From the NCBI RefSeq assembly GCF_009914755.1, contig NC_060938.1: DNA of 64,000 nt, one strand, 5' to 3'. The stretch is from the human T2T-CHM13v2.0 reference genome, Homo sapiens. The position numbers and the translations under genes are program-made. Of the stretch, positions 1 to 13,429 are shown in pieces (position 1 is the stretch's first letter; each line of letters starts with the position of its first letter). The notes below the pieces were generated by a model. It did no database searches, was not told the DNA's origin, and saw nothing but the letters and a program-made list of their open reading frames with translations.

Positions 1-738
1 CCCTGGCTTGCCCCAGCGCCCGCCGCGGCCTCCAGCTGCCCCCGCCCTGACCACCGGCCCGGACGTGCCAGCGGCCGCCGCTGGCAGCACCTGTGCCATG
101 GGGCTGCCCACTCTGGAGTTCAGTGATTACTACTTGGACAGCCCGGATTTTAGGGAGCGCTTGCAGTGTCACCAGATTGAGCTGGAGCGAACCAACAAGT
201 TCATCAAGGAGCTCATTAAGGACGGCTCTCTGCTCACTGGGGCGTTGAGGACAGGTAATGTTGATTGCCTGCCCAGTTCCCTTGCCCTTTCATCCTTTCC
301 AAAGGAACCCTGAGTTCCTTCAGTAACACACCTCTACCCAGGTTGGAGATCTGTCTATGGCAGTGCAGAAATTTTCCCAGTCATTACAAGATTTCCAATT
401 TGAATGTATTGGTGATGTTGAAACAGATGATGAAATTAGTATTGGTCAGTCACTAAAATAATTTGCAAGACTACTCATTGCAGTAGAAGAAAAGCGAAGA
501 CTGATCCAAAACGCTAATGATGTATTAATTGCACCACTTGAGAAACTTCAAAAAGAACAGATAGGTGCAGCAAAAGGTGGAAAGAAGTTTGACAAAGAGA
601 GTGAAAAATATTACTCTATCCTTGAAGAGCATTTAAATTTATCTGCAAAGAAAAAGGAGTCTCATTTGCAAGAGGCAGATACACAAATTGATTGAGCACA
701 TCAGAACTTCTATGAAGCATCATCAGAATGTCTTTAAA

Positions 739-1066
<328 letters not shown>

Positions 1067-2136
1067 TCAAGAGGTTCAAGAAAAACAGAAGTTTGAATTT
1101 GTTGAACTGCTTTTGTCATTTCTTCAGGATTTATTTACTTTTTTACCCCGAGGGATATGAACTTGCCCAGGAATTTGCACCAAATAAGCAACAGCTGCAG
1201 TTCGACTTGCAGAATACAAGGAATAATTTTGAAAGTACTTGACAAGAGGTAGAGGGGTTGATGCAAAGGGTGAAATCTGCAAGGCTATCTGCATGTCCAG
1301 GAGAAATGACCACTTGGTTTTACATGGATTAAACAGCCTTGTTACTAGCTCACCGGAAATGTTCAAAATCTTGTATCCAACAAAAGACAGATTCAATTGA
1401 CAAACAATTCTGCTTCGACATACAAGTAGTTGAAAGCCATGGGATCATCACATTACAGGCCTTCTCAGAAGCTAATAGGAAACTCTGGCTTGAAGCCACG
1501 GATGGGAAGGAACCAATTTATACTCTGCCTGACATTATAAGCAAGAAAGAAGAAATGTATTTGAATGAAGCAGGGTTCAATTTTGTGAGAAACTGCATTC
1601 AAGCTGTGGAAACCAGTGGTATCACCATTTTAGGCCTCTACTGAATAGGAGGAGTGAACTCCAAAGTTCAAAAACTCGTGAATATCATATTTTCTCCTAA
1701 ATCCCCTCCTGATATTGATATTGAACTGTGGGACAATAAGACAATAATGAGTGGGCTGAAAAACTACCTCAGGTGCTTTGCAGCACCTCTGATAACTTAC
1801 AAGTTACACAAAGATTTGTATCACTGCTGTTAAATCTGATGACCAAAACTACAGGGTGGAGGCTGTACATGCATTGGTGTGCACATTGCCAGAGAAAAAC
1901 AGAGAGATGCTGGACATCTTAATAAAACATCTGGTCAAAGTATCACTGCACAGCCAACAAAATCTCATGACTGTCTAAAATCTTGGTGTCATATTTGGCC
2001 CAACTCTAATGAGAGCACAAGAATAAACTGTGGCTGCTATGGTGAATATTAAATTTCAGAATATTGTGTAGAAATTCTGATAGAGCACAGTGAAACGATT
2101 TTTCATACTGCTCCAGACCCAAGCATTCCTCTTCCT

Positions 2137-2200
2137 CAGCCTCAGTCTCGATCTGGATCCCAAAGGACAGCCTCAGTCTCGATCTGGATCCCAAAGGACA
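2137..2200. repeat. 31-bp tandem duplication inside the pseudogene CDS
   Basis: cagcctcagtctcgatctggatcccaaagga twice in tandem (2137-2167, 2168-2198). Confidence 0.95.
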
Positions 2201-4738
2201 TGAGCAATCTGCCTCTCTACAGGCTCTAGGAAGCCCAGAGGGATGTGTACTCCATGCCTGGCTGAACTTGATAGTGATTCCTATAGCAGCAGCACAGACA
2301 GCACCCCCATGGGGAGCATCAAGTCACTCTCTTCTCTTTCCTCAGAACAAAATAGCACTACAAAGTTAGCTTTCTGCCAGCCCAGGGAGAAATCTGGAGG
2401 GATTCCTTGGATTGCAACCCAATCTTCCAATGGACAGAAAAGCCTTGGTCTCTGGACAACTAATCCTGAATCAAGTTCTAGAGAAGATGCAACCAAGACA
2501 GATGCAGAATCAGATTGCCAGAGTGTTGCTTCGGTCACTAGCCCAGGGGATGTTTCCCCACCCATAGACCTAGTCAAGAAAGGGCCTTATGGGCTTTCAG
2601 GACTGAAAAGAGCTTCTGCTTCTTCTCTCAGATCCATCTCTGCAGCTGAAGGAAACATTAGCTACAGTGGATCTATTCAAAGCTTAACTTCTGTAGGTTC
2701 CAAGGAGACACCCAAAGCTTCAAACCCAGACCTGCCTCCAAAAATGTGCAGGAGGTTAAGACTAGACACCACCTCAAGCAATGGCTATCAGCGTCCTGGC
2801 TCAGTAGTGGCAGCAAAAGCTCAACTGTTTGAAAATGTTGGTTCACCTAAGCCAGTTTCTTCTGGGCACCAAGCCAAAGCCATGTACTCCTATAAAGGAG
2901 AGCACAGCGTGAGCTTTCCTTCCCACAAAGAGCGATATTTTCCAGTGTGGACCCATCAGTGGAACCAGGATGGTTAAAGGCAGCTTATGAAGGCAAAACG
3001 GGACTAGTTGCAGAAAATTATGTTGTCTTCCTCTACTACTATTTAGTGGATGGCAGTATCTTCATGGTATCCGGTAACAAATAATAAGTGCTATGATTTT
3101 ATCTGACACAGATACAAGGGGATCAGCCCACTAAGTGAAAACAGTCAATTTCTATCAAGTTCTTCACCAGCAGACTATGTAGCTCCTTATTAATGGAAAA
3201 AAAGGTTTAAATGGTTGGCCATTCTTTTTTGGTTGGTTTCTTATTTTAAAATTTCTTGCTTCTGAAAAATTTATTTTTGGATAATACGTAACTCTCCAGA
3301 ATGTCTCTTCCATAGCAATTGTAGAGTTTCAAATACTTTATTAAGTACTATATCCCATAAACTTGGAAACCAGAAATCTGCTGTATGGATTTTGAGATGT
3401 GTCCTTTACTGCCTGGCATTCTCTAAGGATCTCTGAAACTGCTACTTAAAAATGTTACTGAAAAGCTGGTTACCTGCCCTTTGAGTGCCACAGTCCTGAC
3501 CTGCTTGTTCTTGACACCTTACATATTACTTCGGAGTTCCCCACTGTGCAGACTCTCAGGTATTAACTGTATAAAACTCTTTACATGCTATTATAATCTG
3601 CAATCTCAATCTCTTCTACTTTAAATTAATGTTTCTAGAATAGGTTAAATACACATATACACACACAACTATGCCTGAGAAAAGTTATGCTTTTACAAAT
3701 AAAAAGAATAGATTAGCATTAACAAGTAGGGTGAATAACAGTAGGCAGAGTCAGAATCAGAAATAAATACCAGTGAATCAAAATAAAAGAATGAAAAATA
3801 TTCTGTATTAAAAATTATCAATGTAATGTAAAAGTCTGATAAAAGATTATTCTTTTTCTTTTACCTCTGACTGTTGACCTCTGTACACTGTAATAAGGTG
3901 TTGCTGGATGGAACTTCTTGATCTAGGTCCTTGGTGACCTTAGTAGTAATAACAGCATTGCTGGCACCCTAATTACCCTCTGCTGAAACAGAAGGTAGTT
4001 TATCAATGTACCAATCCCTTAGTCTATACTTGGTTTAAACACGCTTGCCATCATCTGGTATCCTGCTAGATTAGAACCTCTTAAAAGCAAATTGGTTTTC
4101 TTTCAAAGACCAACCTGACTCCAAAGACAGATACGGAATCCTGCTTCTTCTGCTGCATAAAGAAATCTCAACCTTCATTTTACTTGAACACAGACCGAAG
4201 TGTTCCTACTTCTGCGTTGTCTGTGAGCTAGTTCTACGGATGTTCCACTCAGATTTAAAGCTTTTTATTGCACAGGACATGGATATGAAGCCTAACTCTT
4301 GTATCTGATGGCAAGGCATATGTTGTAGCCACAGTACTGGCTATGGTCCCTTTGCTGAAAGAAGCTACAGAAGCACTGATTCAAGCTGTGTTTGTGCTAG
4401 AAGTTTTAATCTTGTAGATTTGTGAGGATGGCTCTTTTTCCTTCATAATAGATTACATGTACAAGCAAGTCAGGGCCATATACTGGAGACAGGCTAAAGC
4501 TGCTTTTCCCTTAAAGAAAGTTTCCTACAGATAAGGTATTTATGAGCATTGAGAAAGTCAGGACGTGTACTCTAAATCACACAGAGTGTTAATTCCACAG
4601 GAAGGCAATGCCAGACATTGGAAGAGGATCACATTCAACTTCTAATAGTAGTTCAATAACAAAACCTTAGCTTTTCAGAAAAAAATGTGAAGAAATGGAA
4701 ATCTGAATCATAATATAAACTTTCTCTACAAGATACTT

Positions 4739-5002
4739 GGCCTGGTGCAATGTCTCATGCCTGTAATCCCAGCACTTTGGGAGGCCAAGGCTGGTGGATC
4801 ATGAGGTCAGGAGTTCAAGACCAGCCCGGCCAAGATGGTGAAACCCTGTCTCTACTAAAAATAAAAAAATTAGCCGAGTGTGGTGGTGGGCACCTATAAT
4901 CCCAGCTACTTGGGAAGCTGAGGCAGAAAATTGCTTGAACCTGGGAGGCAGAGGTTGCAGTGAGCTGAGAATGTACCAATGCACTCCAGTTAAAAAAAAA
5001 AT
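4739..5002 (+). mobile_element. Alu (AluS-type) with 3' deletion
   Basis: ggcctggtgcaatg...tgtaatcccagcactttgggaggcc; ends gcactccag followed by an A-tract. Confidence 0.92.
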
Positions 5003-5014
5003 TAACCATTTAGA

Positions 5015-5212
5015 TCAATGCTGTCTGGTTAAATATTCTGTGATAATGGAAATATTCTATACTTGCCCTGTCCAATAAAGTAGCCACTCGCCAAGTGTGT
5101 CTATTGAGCACTTGAAATGTAGCTAGTATGACGGAAGAACTGAATTTTAAATTTCATTTAATTATAACTGATTAAAAGTTAAGTAGCTAGTGGCTACTAT
5201 ACTGAATACCAC
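5015..5212 (+). mobile_element. MER3 (hAT-Charlie) DNA transposon fossil
   Basis: gtagccact...ctattgagcacttgaaatgtagctagt...gaactgaatttt matches the recalled MER3 consensus. Confidence 0.75.
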
Positions 5213-5514
5213 AGATATATACAACAAATTTTAAAAATTTTCCAAACATGGGAATGGGTCACCTAAATGATTTTAGATACCAAGCTAAATAAAAACATCT
5301 GGAGATGATACTATTTTGACTCTAATAATTTTTTTGTTGAAAGCAATATATATATTATATATACACACATATACATATAAATATATACACATACATGTAT
5401 ATATAATCTAGAGGTTTCTTTCCTTTCAAAAATACTTCATACCTGTAACTTAAAAAATATAATTTTATCTTTCTTGTCTTTATTTTGAATTTTCAGTCAT
5501 TTCAAAGTTAATAT

Positions 5515-6308
5515 GAGCAATAATATCATTAAAAAGTGGGCAAAGGATATGAACAGACACTTCTCAAAAGAAGTTGGCCAACAAACATATGAAAGAAAGC
5601 TCAACATCACTCATCATCAGAGAAATGCAAATCAAAACCACAATGAGATACCATCTCATGCCAGTCAGAATGGTGATTATTTAAAAGAGTCAGGATACAA
5701 TAGATGCTGGTGAAGCTGTGGAGAAATAGGAATGCTTTTACACTGTTGGTGAGGATATACATTAGTTTAATCATTGTGGAAGACAGCATGGTGATTCCCC
5801 AAGTATCTAAAACCAGAAATACCATTTGACCCTGCAATCCCATTACTGGGTATATACCCAAAGGAATATAAATCATTCTACTTATTGCAGCACAATTTAC
5901 AATAGCAAAGACTGGAACCAACCCAAATGCCCATCAATGACAGACTGGATAAAGAAAATATGTCACATATACACCATGGAATACTATGCAGCCATGAAAA
6001 ATGAATGAGAGCATGTCCTTTGCAGGGACATGGATGAAACTGGAAGCCATCATCCTCGGCAAACTAACACAAGAACAGAAAACCAGACACTGCATGTTCT
6101 CATTCAGTGGGAGTTGAACATTGAGAACACATGGACACAGAGAGGGGAACAACATACACCACGGTCTATTGGGGGATAGGGATGAGGGGAGGGAACTTAG
6201 AGGATGGGTCAATAGGTGCAGCAAACCACTATGGCACACGTATACCTATGCAACAAACCTGCACATCCTGTACATGTATCCTTTTTTTAGAAGCAGCAAT
6301 AAAAAAAA
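5515..6308 (+). mobile_element. 5'-truncated L1 3' end (L1PA12-like)
   Basis: ORF2 C-terminus ([14 protein letters not shown]), 3'UTR ending tttttttagaag plus poly(A). Confidence 0.85.
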
Positions 6309-6539
6309 TGATCACTTCATTTCAGGAGGTAGACTTTTCCTCTTAAAGCTTTTCAGATTTTTATCCCAAGGGTTTGGCTTTTTATGCATCTCAATACGTG
6401 TAATTTGCAGTTAATACATCAATGCCTTCTGCTCTTGTTACTTCTCTCCTTAAAACAGTACATCTTTTTGATTAACTAAAGTGGTGACTCTCTCTCTCAT
6501 TTTTTTTTTTTTTGTCAGTTCCTATTGCATTTTTCCCCA

Positions 6540-7330
6540 CTTCGCACTCTGGTATTATAACCTGACACCGAGAACGTTTGTCTCAAGAAAAAAACTGGAA
6601 AAACAATGTTTTTCTGGTATAGATTAATTCTGTACTCTTGGCTTTTCCTGATGTATCCAGATTGTTCTATGTAACCAGGAAATTTCACATGCTCTTTCTT
6701 TTTCTAAAAAGCCATCCATTCCACCTGGTGGAGGTACTACTTGTTTGTGTGTGTGTGTGTGTGTGTGTATTATTATTCTATAATATGGTTTACATATAAC
6801 TTTAGACATACACTCTTCCAGCGTCTAGTTGAATTAAAGTAGTTTTTCATGGGGTTTAATTTCCAGTTTACTCAAAAGGGCATATACCAAGAGAAATGGT
6901 CATATTACAAAAGGTTTTTTTTTTCTCTCTCTCTAAGTAATCCACCTAACAAGCAGATATTTTATGTTTTAAGATAGCTTCTTGTGGTTTGGGCTGTCTT
7001 TATTCGGGTTTTGACCTCCTGAAAAAACTAAGTCATCTCTAACACAGGTCTAAGTATTTTTTTCTCTTGACCAGGTAACTTTTGAATTTGTTTTTGAAGT
7101 CTTTCCATTATTACTCTGGTTAAATAAGTGACCATTATCTCTCAAGGATATGTAATTCTACTTTAATTAAATATTTTTAGGCTTTTTGCATCCAAACAAA
7201 TGACAAACTTCCACAGAATCAAATTCAAATTTAAGTCTTTTTCACTTAAAATTGACTAAGGGATTTTATAGTTGGGCTCCTGGGAAGTCTCAAAAGATTT
7301 GCCTCCCATTAGGCTTGCTTGATCAGCTCC
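6540..7330. mobile_element. ERV1 (MER4-group-like) internal fragment
   Basis: Resembles recalled MER4/MER34-type internal sequence (attctgtactcttggctttt...gtaaccaggaaattt); family uncertain. Confidence 0.4.
6746..6768. repeat. (TG)n microsatellite
   Basis: Directly visible. Confidence 0.95.
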
Positions 7331-9974
7331 CAAAATCTTCTCTAGTGTCCGTGTGCTTTCTTTCAAAACAATATATAGCATTTCCCTTGCTAGTAAACCC
7401 CCAATCTTCTCTTTGTCCTTCACACATATAGAAGACCACCGTGGTTTTCAGTTTTGTTCAGAACTACAATTCTGTGATTCCCAAATAAATTGTATAATTT
7501 AGAGATCCATCTTTATTTTGACTTCAATAGTGGTGATAAATTCTGATACAATATTCAAGAATATGTTTTATAACAATACTAAGTCAATTTAGAAATGCAT
7601 TTTAGTGTGATATAAAATCCTTAACTTTTCTCCTCCACTGACATTATGTATGATTTTGTTATTATTTTACAAGCACTTAAAAATTCTCTATTTTACATAA
7701 GGTTTATATTAGATATAATTTTGTGAGGAAAATAAAAGTTCGGTTTTCTATTTGCATTGTGCTAATTCAGACTGCACTTGGTTCTTCATGCACACTGTAT
7801 AAGCTAAAGTTTAGACAAATTGTTGTAAAAACTGATACACATATAGACCATTATAGTGTTATTTTTAAAAGCACAAGAAACTACTTTAAAAGATCACAAG
7901 GAGATTACAGCAAATGAATCTTCATATTCATTACCTCAATGAAATATAATTTAACACTAGTTTCGATTTTTTTCCAAAAGACTAATTTTCAAGTGAAAGC
8001 TTTAGATCTTTGAAAGTAATAGAATTAAAGATAAAGATAGAAAAGATACATAATTCATTTCAGCAGTTTTCTGAGAAATACCATATTTTCCAAAATATAT
8101 ATGTTCTTATAAGAAATGGATTCTCTTTAGGCTATTAGATTATCAATCTTCTACAATAGGCCAATTTTCAAAGCACTAGGCCTATGTTCACTCAACCAGT
8201 CTCATGAAGCAAAAACTGAATTAAGATATTGCATTTATTTTAGTCCACATATTTATCAAGCAAAGAAACTATGGAACAAAGACTCTTTCTTGCTGAAGTT
8301 CTTGGGATTTCCATGGTGCTTAATGCATATTTTTTTAAATTGTGAGATCAAAGAACACAAATCTTGAGCCATTGTGTATGTTACCTGGGTAAAAAAAATT
8401 AAACTTGATCTTTTCAAATATCTAATGGAATCCCAGGCATTGTGATTTATTAAAATATGAAGTTAAATATTTAAGAGAAAATTAATCACAATGAAATGAG
8501 TTGACTTTCTAAGAAAAGCAAGTATGTAATTAAGGAATCATTAGCAGACACTCTCAAAACAATTACAACATTTAAAAGCAATCAACATTACAACTCTTAG
8601 GTTGTGTTTTAAATTCCTCATAACCTAAACATATATATTCACTAATTATTCACTTGCCAATATGAACAATGAAAGATGAGTTAGAAAAACCAGAGGCTTT
8701 AGTTCAAAAATGACAATCTTTGGTACTGCAGCAAGGAAATAACTAGCTGGTGAAATTAATGACTCCACCTGGCTTTATCTCGGTAATGTTCTGAAATACA
8801 TGCAATGAACAACTTGACATTGTTTGATGTTCTTAATTCTTTACAGCCATCTCTATTGGTGGTCTTAATAGATCAGATCAATCAGAAATGATCATATTAT
8901 GAAATGTAAATCACTTCACATGACTTATCTGGAAAATGTGCTTGTACTTACTTGCACCATCTCAAGTTCCAAGAGCCAAAAACATACACATGCTCATGGA
9001 GGAGAATTTCCTTTCTGATTTTAGAACAGTCTGAAAGGGTGTGAAAAAATGAAAAAGAAGGGGGAGCTTACAAATAACAAAAATGTATATCCAAATGAAA
9101 GTTAGAATGTCTATGGAACTAGTAGTAGTAACAACAGTAGACAAAAGATAGGATGTAGATGTTAAGAAGATGTCTACAAGGGAAGCACAAGACTCCAAAT
9201 GCTCTTGCTACTAAAATGCAGATTCAAGGTTTACCATCTGTAATATTCTGCTGCCATGTACATCTATGGCCACTAGTACTGTCTAAAAGGAGGATATATA
9301 TTAAGAAATCATCAAAAAGGACTGCATAGCAGAAACTTTCCTGATATCAAGGGATCAACTTAACTACAATTATATACAGGTGCCAATTTCCTCTGGAGTA
9401 AACTACCACACTGGGCCTCATGTACCAGTTAGATAATCCAAGTCAGCCTTTATTGCATAACCTATCTAAAAGATTGGACTCTACATTTTGGCTCTGCAGA
9501 ACTGAGAGAAGAAATGTATAAATAGGATAGTGATATTGCCTTTGTCTATGGGAATTCTTGAGTCTAATAAAAAAATCTGGGAAAAATCTAACTTCATGAT
9601 TACACTCGGGCACATAGATGATTAATACGAATGAAGTAACAACCATAAATACAATCATAACCACAAGAACAACAGTAATTCAAATTTTCTCACTTCATAG
9701 ATGTTCTTACAATGCTTTATTGGTATCTCGTAGGTGCTCTCCCCAAGCCTCAGGTGTTATTCCACAATCTCAGTTGATGCAAAGGCAAACACCACACTCT
9801 CCTCTGTTCAATGTCTGCCATCCTTGTCTTTTTGGCCTCTGACTCTTCCCTATACTACTGTCTATGCACTTGAGATCTTCACTGATATAGCTTGGCTCTG
9901 TATTTATTGATAAGAATATCTCTTTTCTCTTAGACTAGGCATGACCAAAAGGTTAATCTGGATTCAAAGATTAA

Positions 9975-10183
9975 TGACAATGACCACTCAGTTTTTATTC
10001 AAGATCAATTTTATTTGTTGTAAAAACAAACATGGGTTATGTTCCAGACAAACAGATATAAGTGAGTAGACTTATGCCTTTGTGCCTCCTTGACTCTTCA
10101 CAGGTTGCAAAAACAAATCCTGCCAGCAGGAGGTGGCAGGTTGCTGAGGTGGCTGGTTGCTCTTTGAGCCATCTTGGCCTTGT
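9975..10183 (-). other. Candidate terminal exon of a minus-strand spliced transcript
   Basis: Acceptor ...gcatgccag|ACAAGG at 10184/10183; TAA at 10074-10072; two AATAAA signals at 10015-10010 and 9999-9994. Confidence 0.6.
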
Positions 10184-10335
10184 CTGGCATGCACAGTCCC
10201 TGGCACTGCAAAATATTCAGGGAGTAAGAGTGTTGCACAAAGGATTTTACCAACCTCGTCACATTAAGCAGCGTTCAAGGATTTGCTGACCACCACTTAA
10301 ACAAATTTTGTGTTATGCTATAGCAATGAACTTAC

Positions 10336-10417
10336 TTGTTCTATTTCTAAACACAACATTGGGTTCACACACAGGCCTGGACAAAGCTTCCCACTTCTGA
10401 ACTATTTACTGATCTTC
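10336..10417 (-). other. Candidate 82-nt cassette exon
   Basis: Acceptor catcttgcattctttgagaacag|GAAG; consensus donor CAA|gtaagt. Confidence 0.45.
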
Positions 10418-11821
10418 CTGTTCTCAAAGAATGCAAGATGAATGATGTGCAATACCATGGCTATGGCATGTGACTTTTCTAGACCTGGATGGTTAGTGTC
10501 CCAATATTTAACTGATTTTTTGGGGGGTGAAAATATGCCAACAGTTCTTCCTTCTATCATCCCCATCACTACCATACATGTAATGACATAATCATGTCAA
10601 AGTGTGTCCTCAGAATCACTATTCCTAGCTGAGTATACTAAGGCTTTCTATCTAGGTCAGTTCATTGTGTCTGTGTCTCCTCTAAACCCTCCTTCATCAT
10701 GCCTACCTTGAGGAATTCAGCAAGTGATCATTCACACAAGCTAAAGGATTTTAGCTTTCTCTGCCATAAAGATTATTGCTAAAATACACACCATACAACA
10801 AACCAACCCATTTCCCACAAATCTTACTGTCTGACTTCTCACAAAATACATAATGACTTTTATTGTGTCTCTTCCTTCTGTGTTTCTCTTTCCTAACTGA
10901 ACTTTGTTCTTTATCCATGCCTTCTTCCAATCCTGACATATTTTAAAACCTTTAGCATTTCTGCCTATAATATTTGGGTTTTCTCCTTTTCCTATCTTTA
11001 TTTAATAAGTCCCATACAAATATTTTCCCCGTAATCACAATGTTTTCTTTTCACTTTGCCCAAGAACTGAGTTATGAGTTCCAAATTTGGATAAACTCTA
11101 CATTGGCTAAGTTTTAGTCATTTGCACTGCTAAGAAAGATGGCAATTCAACATGCTGAAGATGACTTCCTCCCTTATAAAGGGGCTAACACAGAGGGCAA
11201 TACTGTTCATGCCTCTGAGTCTTGATCACAAGAATTGCTTTAGGCAATTACAATCATGTCTCCTCTGACACATCATATTATTCAAGTGAGACAGAGAAAG
11301 AATATGTCCTATGTCACACAGCTGGGTGGTGACAGCTGCTTTAGCATCAGCACACTGCGTTCCCTCTGATTTCTTCATTCATCTCTAAGTAGCAGTAAAT
11401 CCGGTCCTGAATACTGACTTTGACACTCAGCTTTCTCCACATCCTTCCTGTCACTGCCTTTGAGACTACTTCAGATTCTTCCCTTAGCTTCTATTTCTCC
11501 ATTTGTAAAATGGGTTGATGAGGGTATCTTCATCAGTAGCTGTGACAATAAAAATGGGATCATCATGCATCCTCCTTAGCCCCATGAGTAAGCTCCCAGT
11601 AAGTGAGGTTGTCATCATTACTGGATATTTAAGATTATCTACCTATTTGAAAAACCCTAGTGACAGCGTCTCAGTTGCTTTTCTTTTTGCGTGAATGATC
11701 ACTTGCTGAATTCATCAAGCAGGCGCTTTAACATTTACCTTCCTTTATTATGCTGGAGCATTTTTCATGTAGGAAGCTTCTGTGGCTTCTCACTATGACT
11801 GCTTTGTTTGTTCAAAACTTA

Positions 11822-12190
11822 TACAGGTTGAGTATCCTTTATCTGAAATGCTTGGGTCAGAAGTGTGTTGGGTTTCAACTGTTTTCAGATTTTGGAATAT
11901 TTTCTTCTATGTAATGAGATATCTTGGGAATGGGACCCATGTCTAAACACAAAATTCACTCATGTTTCATACACACTTAGCCACATACACATAACCTGAA
12001 GGTAATCTTATACAATATTTTAAATAATTTTATGCATGAAACAAAGTTTTGAATATGTTTTACTGTGACCCATCACATGAGGTAAGATGTGTGGAATTTT
12101 CCACTTGTGGCATCATGTCAGCACTCAAAACATTTTGGATTTTGGAGAATTTCAGATTTTGGATTTTCGAGTAGGTGTGTTCAATCTGTA
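11822..12190 (+). mobile_element. MER46C-like (Tigger) MITE
   Basis: Starts ta-caggttgagtatcc..atctgaaatgcttggg, ends ttcaatctg-ta (TIRs and TA TSD). Confidence 0.8.
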
Positions 12191-12309
12191 TATATGGGCC
12201 AGATTAAGTTGTTTCCTTTAATCCTTGGCTGAAGGAAGCACAGAAGACTTTGGGGCCTCAATCTCTCATATGCAGTGACATTCTCAAAGCCATTGACTCA
12301 GCTTCTCAC

Positions 12310-12484
12310 CTGGGTTTCCTTCCAGTGAGCCACAGATAGAAGTCACAGGTGATGACAGGGGCCTGCTGGCTGATGGCATTCCAGTACTGGGTTGTGAAGT
12401 TGCTGGTGGTGAAATCAGCATATGGCCTCATCAAAGCTCTCTCAAATGGAATTGGAATTTCAAAGGTTGCCAAGACCTGGAATC
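12310..12484 (-). pseudogene. Isolated unprocessed FAR2-like exon (fatty acyl-CoA reductase 2 pseudogene fragment)
   Basis: 175-nt exon with acceptor tctctttttttccccag| and donor CAG|gtgaga; open frame (G)FQVLATFEIPIPFERALMRPYADFTTSNFTTQYWNAISQQAPVITCDFYLWLTGRKP(R), aligning to the recalled FAR2 exon [58 protein letters not shown] with a one-codon insertion. Confidence 0.88.
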
Positions 12485-13429
12485 CTGGGGAAAAAAAGAG
12501 AGTAAGTGCTAGAGGAGAATAGGAGAATATATGCCCATCATAGTGGAAGGTATTTATAATGGGTCACAACAATAAAGATGAAGGATTTGCTGTGTAGAGT
12601 CAAGAAACAATTTCTGAGAACAAGGTAAAGATTTTTATGCTAGGCAAGTGGTTATCTGCAAAATGAAACAATGTGAATGGGTTAAGAATTGGACCATTTA
12701 TTTGAAACATCTACTCTAAAACAAATTCTTGGGGAAACACATGTAGTCAATAAAAGGGGGTACTGTTCAGAAAAACATAAATCCACATTTAATTCTAAGG
12801 TTATCTAGTTTATTCTGAAAGCCCCAAGACAGAGGCTAGAAACTTTATTTTCCTGACTGGACCATTACTGTCAGAACCATTTAGAAAGTTTCTTAACATT
12901 TTATTTGAATCTTTATTAAAAGTTTAACTAAAGAATTCTAAAGGCAAGATTTTCTTGTGTTACCTTACTTTAAATATTTCTCTGGGAATATGTCAGACTC
13001 AATTGTCCACTCTGGTATCCAGGGTTTTATTCATAATAGTGTTTTTCTTTTTATATTAATACTTACATTAAGCTTAATTAAGAACATTTTACATACATTT
13101 GTGAATTCAGTAGTTCTTTCAAAAAGATACTCATTTGAATTCAATTCTATTTAAGGTATGTAGGTTTTTGCAAAGCATATGCCTAAGCTCATTATTCAAT
13201 TATGATGTCAGTTATTATAGTAAAATGATTATTGTCCTACTTAAAAAAATGCCAGCTAAAAATCTATCTGAAAAACATAACTCCTCTTCAGAGAAGATTC
13301 TCAAGAATCATCTGGTCCATATTGATTTATACTTTAAAAAGATGGGGGTAAAAAAAAAAGTTATGTACAGGTTGATAGCATAAGAGATTCTGATCTCAAC
13401 ACTGATGTTCTGATCTATATATCCATATA

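Noticed and set aside
2243-2977. 244-aa ORF as a functional gene
   Set aside because: Residual Ser-rich segment of the ARHGAP42 retrocopy; the SH3 is frameshifted and upstream domains are broken
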